From the sequence record NZ_CP067021.1: DNA of 64,000 bases, one strand, 5' to 3'. The notes beneath the pieces were generated by a model, which was not told where the DNA came from, searched no databases, and saw nothing but the letters and a program-made list of their open reading frames with translations. A program made the position numbers and the translations under genes. The DNA comes from a plasmid. Position 1 is the first letter of the stretch; each line of letters opens with the position of its first letter. This document shows, piece by piece, positions 31,393 through 41,613 of the stretch.

Positions 31393-31721
31393 ATGCAATC
31401 ACTAAGACCTCAAAAAAAGAACGGATCTTATTCAATAATCCCAAAGCAACACGACTTTACAGGGAAGCAATAACAGAGCTTATTGCGTTTAAACCTTGGG
31501 AAGTTAACGCCACTGAGAATATGCTTACGATCTGCAACACCTACCGCTATGTCGTGAATAAACGTTGTTGTTTAGGGTACGAGTTTTGGTGTTACGACCG
31601 AAGCGAAAAAGAATGGGTACGTGTTAAGCCCTCAAGCGGTCGCCACAACTATGGGAAAAACTGGTGCAAAACAAATGACAAAAACAATGGTCTACAAGGC
31701 AGTAAAACGAGCAGATTTTGA
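31389..31721 (+). CDS. Hypothetical Cys-rich small protein (110 aa); start overlaps the upstream stop (ATGA)
   Basis: ORF with translational-coupling geometry. Confidence 0.4.
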   Translation: MNAITKTSKKERILFNNPKATRLYREAITELIAFKPWEVNATENMLTICNTYRYVVNKRCCLGYEFWCYDRSEKEWVRVKPSSGRHNYGKNWCKTNDKNNGLQGSKTSRF

Positions 31722-32427
31722 GTATTCAAACGCAGCGCGTGGATACGTGTATCGGGGAGAGAAAATATCTGATGCTGAAGCGGAAAAACTAAAGCATAAA
31801 TGGGCTAAAAAAGACCTGATGGACAATGCAAAAAAAGATGGATCGTTCACACCAGAATCATTAGAAATGTTCAAAACCTTGGTGAATCATGTATCACCAC
31901 GGGAGTTGACCGCCAAACAGCAAGCTTTGACATACCATAGCCTTAAACGCTACACAGATTGCGTATTTAACCTTTATGAAGTCACCGCTAAACAAACACC
32001 TCCAGCAAAACTAAAACGACCGTACAGCATGCCTAGACTGGATGGTACGGATAACCCTTGGAACCAAGGCAAACGAGAAAACGATGTCTATATATACAAG
32101 GGGATTGAGTACAAAGGCATTGAAGCGGAAACAGCAATGCATAAAGTGGTGATTGCATCAGAATTAACGGCAATTGCCGGATTGGATAATCAGTTAGCGA
32201 ATCTGGCCAACGAAACAGGTGTAGCGTTGTTTTCAGAATTTATTGAAGTTGCACACCAGAACAATGATTTAAAGGATTTAACATATGTAGTTTTTGATTA
32301 TGTAAAACATCTAATTGTGACGATTGATCGCTATTTTGATTTAAAACTGAAATCTAACGTGTCGGTCAGTATTTCAGTGAACCGAGTAGCTGGCTATTCA
32401 AGGTATAGCATAGTTCAACGGAAATAG
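31674..32427 (+). CDS. Hypothetical protein (~251 aa; start uncertain, ORF track begins at 31621)
   Basis: ORF. Confidence 0.5.
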
Positions 32428-33312
32428 ACGCACGAACGCAACCAGTGACATTACATGTGTCGTCAATGACAGCTTATGTGTCTCGAACGTGCACGTAATT
32501 TTGGATTGATTGGTTTGAATGCAGAAAATGTAAATTATGCAAAGTAACACCATGAATATAGCTGATGATTGTACGGTAGTACGTAGACCGTATCAAAGAA
32601 TGACGACAGCTAACATGCTTAAGATTTGTTATAATAAACAAATTGTTAGTATCTAAACGACACATGAGCTGTCATTTTTTGGAAATTGCGACTACCCTAT
32701 TCATTTTAATTCGAACTTTAACTTATGTTCACCTGAAGTCTAGTTAATAAAACTTTTAATAATTTTATTTATTATTTTCAATAACTTATATAAATAAAAA
32801 AATAATTATAAATTTTTGGTTCATGAACCTAATGAATTTATTGATACTTTTATAAAATAGAGTTAATTTGTCCGAGAGATATGGGTAGATATCTATTTTT
32901 GGTCTTTTTAGTGATTAGAGATATGACCATTGTCATCAAATTTTAAGGAATTCCTTAAGTTTTTTTCTTATAATTCAATAAAATAATTTTGAATACTCAA
33001 AAATTAAATGTAATATAAGTCACATTATGAACCGTTAAGTGAAATACGTTTTGCTTAAACGAATGATTGAGTTAGATCATCTAAATGATGATCGTGCTAG
33101 AAGACTCAGGTTTTACACCAAAATATTTGGCAGACTTTATTTTAAATACAATCCTAAACTGAATATAAAAAACCTTCGGAGGGCTTATTTGGCCAAACTA
33201 ACCATCAACCTGAAAAAACTAAATTCTTACGCTAAGTATTTTTTCTAAAAGACACCGTACATATAGCATTACTTTATGTTAATAAAAATTTAGCATCATT
33301 TTTGACGCTTAT

Positions 33313-36300
33313 TTGTTGTATGTGCAAAAGCAAGACATTTTAAATAAAGAATCTTTTAATATGAAAGTTACATATCCAGAGACAGGTATATACGAGCACG
33401 AACTCAAAGCAATTGATAAGATTAAAAAGGTCTTTGATCGTGGCGAAAAAACTAAAAACTGGCGAGCATATGCTGGTTTTGAATTTATGCATAAAAATGG
33501 AAAAAAAGCAGTAGCGAAAGGTAGTTCTGAGAAATTTGAATATGATCTCCTAATTATTACTCATGCAAACATTTTGGTCATTGAATTCAAGGACTGGAAC
33601 GGTAAGGAAATTACAAAAGTTGCAGGAAAATGGTACGTAGGTAATAAAGAGCAAGATTCATGCCCTGTAGCTAAAAATGTAAAAAAAATGCAAATTATAG
33701 TTAATAAACTAAAGGATAAAGTTTCAGAAAAGAAAGCTAAGGGCATTACATTTCATTACCAAAGTGTTTCTCACTTTGTTGTCATGTGTGGTAAAGCAGA
33801 TTATTCGCGCCTGCCTCCAGAAGATTTAGAGCACATTCTTTCGATAGATGAGTTTATACAATTAGCTCAACAGAAGAATTTTAATAATATGTTCCGCAAG
33901 CATCTGGAACGTGATGGTCGCATATATGATATTAAAAAAGAATATCACGCCATTATTGATGAAATTTTTGCGCCTGACCAAATTCAACCACGCTCTTTGA
34001 TTATTAATAATCATGAACGAGGTGACTTGATCTTACCGCATCCTAAAAAGATTTATAGCGAGTATAAAGCGCATTCATTGACCATCGTTGGTGAAAAATC
34101 TTTAATGCGTTGTTGGGATTTTAATGAATTCAAGTTGAGTAACTCAAGAATGAGTCAGCCTCAACATCGATTCAACTTGATCTGCAATGAGCGCCGGGTT
34201 TTCCAAAAAATTAAAACAGAAAAGCCTGATCTTTATCAAAGTTGTTTGCACCCGATTACAAACCCAAGTCTTGATGACATGACATCAAAATATAATGAGT
34301 TGTATGAGTTGCCTGAGAACAGCTATCGAGTCAACGAATTCATCGGCGCTTATGCTGAGAAAATGTCTGAATCTGAGAAATTGGATTTATTCCAGATTTT
34401 GCTTGGTAAATTTAATCACCTACATCAAATGGGAATTACTCATGGTGATGTGGGTGATCATAGTGTGTGGATCTCTTATAAAAAGGAGATATTGCTATCC
34501 AATTTTTCGGCAGCAAATGATCAAACACAGCCCTCGAAAATTGACCCTGAACTGGCTAACGAACTCCCATTTTTGAATACAACAGCTCATCTTCCGAATC
34601 TTGCGCTGACAGCTGCACAAAAGGATGTGTATTGGTTAGGGCAGTTAATCCTTCATATTTGGAAGAATGCTCGACTGAGCCCACGTTCATTGAAAAAATT
34701 TAGTCTTGAGGAGCGAGATCAGAACCACTGGTTAGAGCGTATTTTAACACGAGCTTTGACAGGGAAATATGATAATGCATGTGCAGTATTCCAAGATTTC
34801 TTAGCTCAAAAACCTGCTGAACAAGTTAGTTATGAACTTGATGCAGATGTACTGAATCCATATTTAAATCAGACAAATACCTATATCAGTTACCCGATAT
34901 TTGGCGCGCCTATTGATGCTAACCAAAATTTTACACTCTATGCATCAGGCAACATGTTAGTCAAAACATGGATGGGTAAAGTTGCATCTGCAATGACAAC
35001 TTATCAAAAGAGTTGTTTTAAGCGATTCTTTGAAGAACTTAAAATGACGCAGGCTCTCAATTTGCCATACCTTCCTAAGATTATTGATTTTGGTTTATCA
35101 ACTAGCACAGCATGTGTGTATCTAGTAACTGAAATGGTAAAGGGTGAAGCTTGGTCAACGGTTATTGAGGGCTTAACTGAGGATGAAAAAAATGAACTTT
35201 CACTTCAGTTATTGCATTCTCTGAAAAAATTTCATGAGCATGGCTTTCAACATGGAAACTTGGATGATGAAAAGATTCTAGTAGATAAAACAAACTTGAA
35301 AGTTAGTTTTAATGATTGCTTCCATCCTGAAGTACCACAACCTGATTCTTCTAATGCTTATTTCCCATCTGATATTGAAGATCCAACAGTCATTCAGTGT
35401 GACAACTTTACTGCATTGAAATTAATCGCAGATCTATACGATATAGACTTGGCTGTGGATGATGTGGCTTCAATGGATCCTACTTTATCCTGGCTAAATA
35501 CAGCCTTGAGCATAGAAGGAATGGAAGATCCAAGTGTACGCTATATTGATAATTCTCGCTTTATAGAGGCATTTGAATGTAAGGGTGCTATTGTAAAAGA
35601 AGCTCCTCAGATTAGTATTTATACAAGTAAGGTTGAGACGCCCTTTACGATTTATCCCGAAAACGGCAAAGTTTATATCCAACTTGAGGCAGCAAGTGAG
35701 GGGGATTTTCGATTTACACTTAGCGGAATCAATGGCATGTTAAAAGGGTTTTATAAGCCCCATGAAAATCAATTAAGTTTCCTTGATTTTGTCAAAAAAC
35801 AAGACCTGTGGTGGAAGGCTAGTAGGGATGCAGATCTGACTATTGATGTTAGCATTGAAGTCCACCCGATATCTGGGATGAGTAAGCGTGACAACATTGT
35901 AGAGTTAAATGACTTCTTAGCAAAAGATCAAAACTTTAAGGATGCTATTGAACAGTTTAAGCAAGCACAGCTCAAAAGGACTCAAGAGAAAGAGGAAACA
36001 TTACGGGCTCTGCGTGAACAAAAAGCATTACAAGAAGAGATAGGCGATGTTATAGCTACTGATGAGCTTATGGCACAGCCAATGAGTCATCTGCCTACAC
36101 ATAGCCACTTAATTGATATTGAAACGAAAGAGTTGTGGAAAAAAGTCATGGCGACTGAGCGTCATGCACATCCTACAATCACTCTGTCTGAGCCGTTAAA
36201 GATAGTTTCGAGCAAACATTTTAAAGATTCAAAGAGTGCTATTGCATACTATGACTCTGCAGAAGATGTTTCAGCTAAATTTTCAAAGACCGATAAAGTC

Positions 36301-38547
36301 GATGTAATGTGCACTAAAGAAACTGGGGCGGGAGGTGATTACACTTTCTGCATAGGTACGGTGAATATTGCGCAATCAAAAGTCGGAGAATTGTGGATCG
36401 ATTTTTGTAAAAAAACAAATGAAGTTCCTGAAGAAGCAACACTGTTTCTACAAAGCAAGGCAGATAAGTCATCTAATCGGAAACGTGCAGATGCTCTGAC
36501 AAATATTCTGAGTAATAAGGCTGTCATTGAAAATCTCGTAGATTACTTTGAACCATCATTAGTGATTGAAGCAAAAGATTATGAGATTGAAGTGCCTGAT
36601 GAAGATCTAGATCACTATAACAAATACAAAAATGGGGAATTGGTTAAAGCCCTCAATCCATTACAACGTAAAGCGTTCCGTAATGTGCTTAAGTATGGAC
36701 CTGTATCACTATTAAAGGGACCACCAGGAACCGGCAAAACTGAATTTATCTCTATACTGGCTCACTATCTCTATGATAAACAAAATGTATCTAACATCTT
36801 AATTGTTAGTCAGTCGCACGAAGCTGTAAATACAAGTGTTGAGCGTATACGTCAGCTATGCACAGAGTATGACACACCATTAAGTATTGCTCGAATAAGC
36901 AATAAAGAGAGTGCTGTGTCTCCTGAATTAAAAGATGTCTATACAGGCTCAATTATTACGAGCCAGATAGAGCTGTTTAAGTCTAATATTAAAGAAAGAG
37001 TGCTTGAGCTTGCAAAAGATTTATCACTTGAAGCTGAATACTTGAGCGATCTTTATGAAATCAGAGTCACTATTTTAAATAGTCTTAAATCTGCGTATCA
37101 GTCAATCGACCAAGATGATCTTGATCAAAAGTTTAGCTTCTCATTAGAAGAGTATACCCAGGCTTTCAAATCAGCAATGCATAAGCTGAAGAGCATGTTT
37201 GACGGAAATCAAGACTTTTGGGATCAACTGGAAGACTGTATCAATGATAAAGAGATAACAGTATTAAACCAGTTAAATAAGATCGACATGATTACGTTCG
37301 CAGCACTTAATCAATACTACGGGGTATCTAATGAGGAAGGACTTAAAGCGAAAGCCTTGATCAATATTGCCCTAGATTATGAACCATTAATTGAAAGCCA
37401 AAATGCTAATTATGAAAGTTTCCTGGTCAAAACAAGGCAATTAGTCTGTGGCACATGCGTTGGTGTTGGCCAACAAAGTATTGGAATCGCCAATCACGTA
37501 TTTGATTGGGTGATTATTGATGAAGCAGCACGTTCAATCGCTTCAGAATTGGCAATTGCAATGCAGTCAGGTGCACGTATTTTATTAGTTGGGGATCAAG
37601 ACCAACTTCCTCCACTATATTCGAGCGATCATAAAAAGGCTTTAGCTAAGCAACTTAAGATATCAGATGATGATTTGGAAGATAAATTACAAAGCGACTT
37701 TGGCCGTATCTTTAATTCACATTATGGACTAAAGGCTAGTTCAGAACTCTTGTCACAGTACCGAATGAGTCCGAGCATCGGCGAATTAGTTTCAGACTGT
37801 TTTTATGAAGGAAAACTTGAAACTGAAGTTGTCGATTCTCGTGGTTTAAGTGATGAAGAGCTGAAAGAAATTAAGTTAAAGCGGATTGTGCCTGATAACT
37901 ATGCATCCGACATCGCAATAGAATTGAATTCAACAGTTACTTGGGTGGATACTGGGAATGCTGAGCATTTCAAAATGGAGAAAGGTAGTAGTATTTATAA
38001 CCCACATGAAATTAATGAAATTATCGATTTTCTTCAGCGGATTGACCAAGACAAACTCTTGTTAAATAAATTAGTGCCAGAGCCTGATTCCCTTAAAGAG
38101 CCTGCTATTGGTGTAATTTGTACCTATGCTGAGCAAAAAAACCGGTTAAGAAAAGCCTTCTCTTTGTGTGAAGTGTCAGATGCATTGAGATCAATTGTGC
38201 GTATTGATACGGTGGATAGTTATCAAGGTAAACAGAATAAGATCATCATTCTCTCAGTTACGCGAAATGATCCAACTAAGTTTCCTGCATTTTTGAAGTC
38301 ACCAAATCGTGTGAACGTGGCTTTATCTCGCGCAATGGATCGTCTTGTAATCTTTGGTGCGTCAGAAATGTGGCAAGGAGTCAACAGTAACTTACCTTTA
38401 GGACGCGTATTAAATTACATCAAGTGCCGTGAGAATCAGACTTTAGAATATCGATATATTTCAAAACGCGCCATTGTCAAAATAGTACAAAACAATCCGC
38501 ACATTAATAAAAATAGATCAAAAAAATATAGAAAGGCAGGGGTATAA
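33313..38547 (+). CDS. Giant multidomain protein (1744 aa): N-terminal NERD (PD-(D/E)xK-like) domain, two tandem protein-kinase-like domains, C-terminal Upf1-like SF1 helicase
   Basis: NERD-like N-terminus (YDLLIIT...VIEFKDW, giving the D...ExK pattern). Kinase subdomain VIb-like loops LHQMGITHGDVGDHSVWI (~aa 380) and FHEHGFQHGNLDDEKILVD (~aa 645), each preceded by hinge-like segments. Helicase Walker A LLKGPPGTGKTEF (~aa 1136), motif II VIIDEAARS, VGDQDQLPP, VDSYQGKQNKIIILSV, motif VI NRVNVALSRAMDRLVIFG. Confidence 0.9.
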   Translation: MLYVQKQDILNKESFNMKVTYPETGIYEHELKAIDKIKKVFDRGEKTKNWRAYAGFEFMHKNGKKAVAKGSSEKFEYDLLIITHANILVIEFKDWNGKEITKVAGKWYVGNKEQDSCPVAKNVKKMQIIVNKLKDKVSEKKAKGITFHYQSVSHFVVMCGKADYSRLPPEDLEHILSIDEFIQLAQQKNFNNMFRKHLERDGRIYDIKKEYHAIIDEIFAPDQIQPRSLIINNHERGDLILPHPKKIYSEYKAHSLTIVGEKSLMRCWDFNEFKLSNSRMSQPQHRFNLICNERRVFQKIKTEKPDLYQSCLHPITNPSLDDMTSKYNELYELPENSYRVNEFIGAYAEKMSESEKLDLFQILLGKFNHLHQMGITHGDVGDHSVWISYKKEILLSNFSAANDQTQPSKIDPELANELPFLNTTAHLPNLALTAAQKDVYWLGQLILHIWKNARLSPRSLKKFSLEERDQNHWLERILTRALTGKYDNACAVFQDFLAQKPAEQVSYELDADVLNPYLNQTNTYISYPIFGAPIDANQNFTLYASGNMLVKTWMGKVASAMTTYQKSCFKRFFEELKMTQALNLPYLPKIIDFGLSTSTACVYLVTEMVKGEAWSTVIEGLTEDEKNELSLQLLHSLKKFHEHGFQHGNLDDEKILVDKTNLKVSFNDCFHPEVPQPDSSNAYFPSDIEDPTVIQCDNFTALKLIADLYDIDLAVDDVASMDPTLSWLNTALSIEGMEDPSVRYIDNSRFIEAFECKGAIVKEAPQISIYTSKVETPFTIYPENGKVYIQLEAASEGDFRFTLSGINGMLKGFYKPHENQLSFLDFVKKQDLWWKASRDADLTIDVSIEVHPISGMSKRDNIVELNDFLAKDQNFKDAIEQFKQAQLKRTQEKEETLRALREQKALQEEIGDVIATDELMAQPMSHLPTHSHLIDIETKELWKKVMATERHAHPTITLSEPLKIVSSKHFKDSKSAIAYYDSAEDVSAKFSKTDKVDVMCTKETGAGGDYTFCIGTVNIAQSKVGELWIDFCKKTNEVPEEATLFLQSKADKSSNRKRADALTNILSNKAVIENLVDYFEPSLVIEAKDYEIEVPDEDLDHYNKYKNGELVKALNPLQRKAFRNVLKYGPVSLLKGPPGTGKTEFISILAHYLYDKQNVSNILIVSQSHEAVNTSVERIRQLCTEYDTPLSIARISNKESAVSPELKDVYTGSIITSQIELFKSNIKERVLELAKDLSLEAEYLSDLYEIRVTILNSLKSAYQSIDQDDLDQKFSFSLEEYTQAFKSAMHKLKSMFDGNQDFWDQLEDCINDKEITVLNQLNKIDMITFAALNQYYGVSNEEGLKAKALINIALDYEPLIESQNANYESFLVKTRQLVCGTCVGVGQQSIGIANHVFDWVIIDEAARSIASELAIAMQSGARILLVGDQDQLPPLYSSDHKKALAKQLKISDDDLEDKLQSDFGRIFNSHYGLKASSELLSQYRMSPSIGELVSDCFYEGKLETEVVDSRGLSDEELKEIKLKRIVPDNYASDIAIELNSTVTWVDTGNAEHFKMEKGSSIYNPHEINEIIDFLQRIDQDKLLLNKLVPEPDSLKEPAIGVICTYAEQKNRLRKAFSLCEVSDALRSIVRIDTVDSYQGKQNKIIILSVTRNDPTKFPAFLKSPNRVNVALSRAMDRLVIFGASEMWQGVNSNLPLGRVLNYIKCRENQTLEYRYISKRAIVKIVQNNPHINKNRSKKYRKAGV

Positions 38548-38550
38548 CTC

Positions 38551-39927
38551 ATGGAAAATTCACTAAGAAGCTATCATGACGTAGATGTTACATTGCCATC
38601 ACAACTATTCAATGTGGCATTTAGCTATACCACAACAGATACCTTAGATTTTATTGATTCTATGGTATTGCGCCTATTGGTAATTGCACCACTTTCTGCT
38701 GAAAAAATAGCGCGGTTCTTAGGGTTATCTAATCATGAAACAGATGTGCTATTAACTAAATTATTAAAACAAATGCAGATAAAACATCTTGAAGATGATC
38801 GATTTGCTCTGACTCAGCGACTTGAGAAAGCATTCTCGGATGTTTGTGCAATTCCTTATGTAAATAAGATTGAGGACAATATTCAAAAGATGAGTTTTGA
38901 GATGATTGGCTTGAATCCTGAGCCAGTTAATCCCAACGCATCTGACAATGGGGCAAATTCAATTAAATTAGATGCTTCTAACCAATACCTTTCAAATGGT
39001 GAGTCTTTGGTTAGTAAGGAGTTTCAGAAAAATTTTCGATTTTATTTCAGCCAAGGATTAGTTAAGTTGAATCCATCAGTGGATGAAAAGAAGCTGCAAC
39101 TGTATAAAATGAGCCAAGTGGAAAAATTGCGAGACCATTCTCGTCGTTTTACATTACCATTGACGCTTGATGAGAATTATACACCTACAGAGATTAGTGA
39201 TTTTAATCACATGGAAAATCTTAACAAAATCGAAGATTCTCTTTACGCTGCTCTTAGATCAGCTAAGAAGCCACAAAATATTGAGGATATTCTAAAGGTA
39301 CTCCATGAATTAGATATGGAGGATACTTTTTCAGTTGAATCTATTTTTAGCGAGAATAAGCTTAATTTAGATCGCTTATTTAAGCTAGAACACAAATCCA
39401 ATGAATACTTTATCGGGCCAATATATTCTAAGGAAAATTCAGACCTGTTTTTCAAAACAATCAAACAATATCAAGACCAGAATAATGATGATAAACAGCT
39501 GTATTGGTTAGCTCCATCAGATGAATTTTGGGGTAAGTCAGATAGATTTAGTGATTTTATTGATCGTTTATCGACAACCACAATTACCAAAAACTTTAAA
39601 TGCTTCTTACCAGTGGCATACAGAAATGATAAACAATCAATCGCAAGTTATAAAAAACTAATCACAGCTGAGGCAGGAGCCAAGCACTTTCTAACGTTTA
39701 AGGAAAGTAGTGTAGTTTTTGACGGTAATTTTGAGCTTTTGGTTATGAAAGACTCTTTTTGTGTTTTGATTATTCACGTTAGTGATTCATCCACAAATAT
39801 TTTAACAACAGTGCCTGTGGGTATTATTGTCAAAAATAAGGCTATTGCCCAATCGTTTTATAAGTTTTTTGAAGACTTAGAGAACGATGGAGAGAACTTC
39901 TTTGGTTTATTAAATTCTAAAAAATAG
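38551..39927 (+). CDS. Hypothetical partner protein (458 aa) with a possible N-terminal winged-helix motif; translationally coupled (4-nt gap) to the NERD-kinase-helicase gene
   Basis: Starts 4 nt after the upstream stop. Followed by a strong terminator. No catalytic motif recognised. Confidence 0.8.
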   Translation: MENSLRSYHDVDVTLPSQLFNVAFSYTTTDTLDFIDSMVLRLLVIAPLSAEKIARFLGLSNHETDVLLTKLLKQMQIKHLEDDRFALTQRLEKAFSDVCAIPYVNKIEDNIQKMSFEMIGLNPEPVNPNASDNGANSIKLDASNQYLSNGESLVSKEFQKNFRFYFSQGLVKLNPSVDEKKLQLYKMSQVEKLRDHSRRFTLPLTLDENYTPTEISDFNHMENLNKIEDSLYAALRSAKKPQNIEDILKVLHELDMEDTFSVESIFSENKLNLDRLFKLEHKSNEYFIGPIYSKENSDLFFKTIKQYQDQNNDDKQLYWLAPSDEFWGKSDRFSDFIDRLSTTTITKNFKCFLPVAYRNDKQSIASYKKLITAEAGAKHFLTFKESSVVFDGNFELLVMKDSFCVLIIHVSDSSTNILTTVPVGIIVKNKAIAQSFYKFFEDLENDGENFFGLLNSKK

Positions 39928-39940
39928 AATAATCATCTTA

Positions 39941-39970
39941 AAAAGCTAGCAGATTTGCTAGCTTTTTTAA
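39941..39970 (+). terminator. Rho-independent terminator (AGCTAGCA-GATT-TGCTAGCT + T-run)
   Basis: 8-bp perfect stem, 4-nt loop, T5 tail. Confidence 0.8.
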
Positions 39971-40305
39971 ACTCAAATTAGAGTGGCAACAATCCAGACC
40001 AGACATTTCTACTTTGAAGTGGCTTTGTTGCACAAAGATTTGAAATGCAAAGCGCCCCTAATTGAGCCAAATTTAAGGCGTAACTTGGGTAAGTGGTCGA
40101 CCTAATTCCGTAAATCTGTTAAGGACTGCTACACGTGCATGGATCTCATTCACTTGGCTATCAAAACTCCTTGCACTGAGTTTATCTCCTAATAATTTGA
40201 TGCAATGCATCTTAGTTTCAACCAAACTTCGCCGATGATAGCCTGACCATTTTTTCCATAGTGTCCTGCCTAAACGTTTAATTGTTCGAAGTAATTCATT
40301 TCGCT

Positions 40306-40815
40306 CTAGCGAGCTACTCTTTGTATCTTTCCATTTTTTCTAGGTGGAATCACCGCATGCGCTTGCCGATCTGCAATGACCTGACGGCATTGCTTGGTGT
40401 CATAAGCCCCATCGGTATAAACAGAGTCAATCCGCTCATCTTGTGGAATCTGATTAAGTAAATCACCAAGCACCTGTGAATCACTGACATTATTGGTTGT
40501 AAGCTGAACTGCTCGTATTTGTAGGGTTTTAGCATCTATACCAATATGAAGTTTACGCCATTGGCGACGATATTCAGGTCCATGTTTCTTGCGTTTCCAT
40601 TCGCCCTCACCTAGAAACTTCATGCCTGTAGAGTCCATGAGTAGATGCAGCCCATCGCTACTTTTTTGGTAGCTGATTACAATATCAATATGCTTTTGTC
40701 TTCTACAAAGCGTGGTGTAATCTGGAGCTATCCAATTTAATCCGCAAAGTTTAATCAGACTTTGCACAAAGCCAGTGACCATACGTAAAGACAGACGGAA
40801 TAAGGATTTAATCAT
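40306..40815 (-). CDS. IS5-family transposase OrfB (DDE domain portion)
   Basis: 169-aa ORF with a DDE_Tnp_1-like sequence (...VYTDGAYD...). Confidence 0.7.
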   Translation of the reverse strand: MIKSLFRLSLRMVTGFVQSLIKLCGLNWIAPDYTTLCRRQKHIDIVISYQKSSDGLHLLMDSTGMKFLGEGEWKRKKHGPEYRRQWRKLHIGIDAKTLQIRAVQLTTNNVSDSQVLGDLLNQIPQDERIDSVYTDGAYDTKQCRQVIADRQAHAVIPPRKNGKIQRVAR

Positions 40816-40994
40816 TAAGCAGCATTGGATGGCTGCGTCGGAGTAGATTTGATTTCGCCCTTGTTTGCCTTTTGATGGAGCATATCATTGCGTAGCAGGA
40901 TCAAACCAAATGGCAATATTTCCTCGACTCATGAGTGCTCGGTTATATGCGGGCCAATTGGTTGTGCGGTAGATTTTGTGTGTAGGCTTCTTCA
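40815..40994 (-). CDS. IS5-family transposase OrfA (59 aa)
   Basis: Hand translation: MKKPTHKIYRTTNWPAYNRALMSRG..., a typical IS427-group N-terminus. Not in the ORF track (<60 aa). Confidence 0.55.
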
Positions 40995-41140
40995 TTTGAA
41001 AATTATATCGCTGAAAAACCCTTTACAGATAGGTTTGTGCAACAAAGCCATTCAGAATTGAAATAGAAAAATTTAAAAATAAATAACTTGGAAATAGATT
41101 TTATGATAAAATTCAATCAGCTATATTAATTTCTACACTT

Positions 41141-41467
41141 ATGTCTGCACTACAAAAAATTAATGAAGATATGATAGTGAATCTTCCTAAGGGTGATTTA
41201 CACGTTCATTTAAATGGAGCTATTCCAACAAATTTAGTTAAGGAATTATTAGCAAAAAATACAAATGGAATTCCCTCAAATTTTGATATTAATAAAGATT
41301 TAAATATTCTCGAACCACAAAAAAATCTGCAAGATTATTTAAAACCATGGAAAGTCTTAAATTTAATACCTAGATCGCAGAGTGATTTAAATAAAATAGT
41401 ATTACAAACATTTTTTAGTTTAAAACGGCTTTGTTGTATAAACATTCTTCAAGATACTGATTTTTAA
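41141..41467 (+). pseudogene. Adenosine-deaminase-family gene fragment (N-terminal 108 aa only)
   Basis: DLHVHLNGAIPTNLVKELL matches the adenosine/AMP deaminase N-terminal metal-binding signature (HxHLDG[AS]I). The ORF is far too short for an intact deaminase (~330+ aa). Confidence 0.4.
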
Positions 41468-41613
41468 GGATTTGTTTAAATTTTAATCCAAAAATAAATT
41501 AAACAAAATCATAGTCTTAGATATTTATGCAACAAAGCCCCATTAGAGCTAAACTCCATTTACTAATGTCATATTTAAATCTAATGGTATGAAAGTACTA
41601 TCAAATATACTGT

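Larger units (their letters stand above)
40021..41049 (-). mobile_element. IS5-family (IS427-group-like) insertion sequence, ~1029 bp, with 16-bp terminal inverted repeats GGCTTTGTTGCACAAA and overlapping orfA/orfB
   Basis: Inverted repeats at 40021-40036 and 41034-41049. orfA (MKKPTHKIYRTTNWPAYNRALMSRG..., 40815-40994) ends in TAATG overlapping the orfB start at 40815. Confidence 0.75.

Noticed and set aside
35071-35095. IIDFGLS read as a kinase DFG motif
   Set aside because: It precedes the HGN catalytic-loop-like segment by ~60 residues, whereas a true DFG follows the catalytic loop. It more likely belongs to the N-lobe/hinge. The residues at the real DFG positions are FND/NFS.
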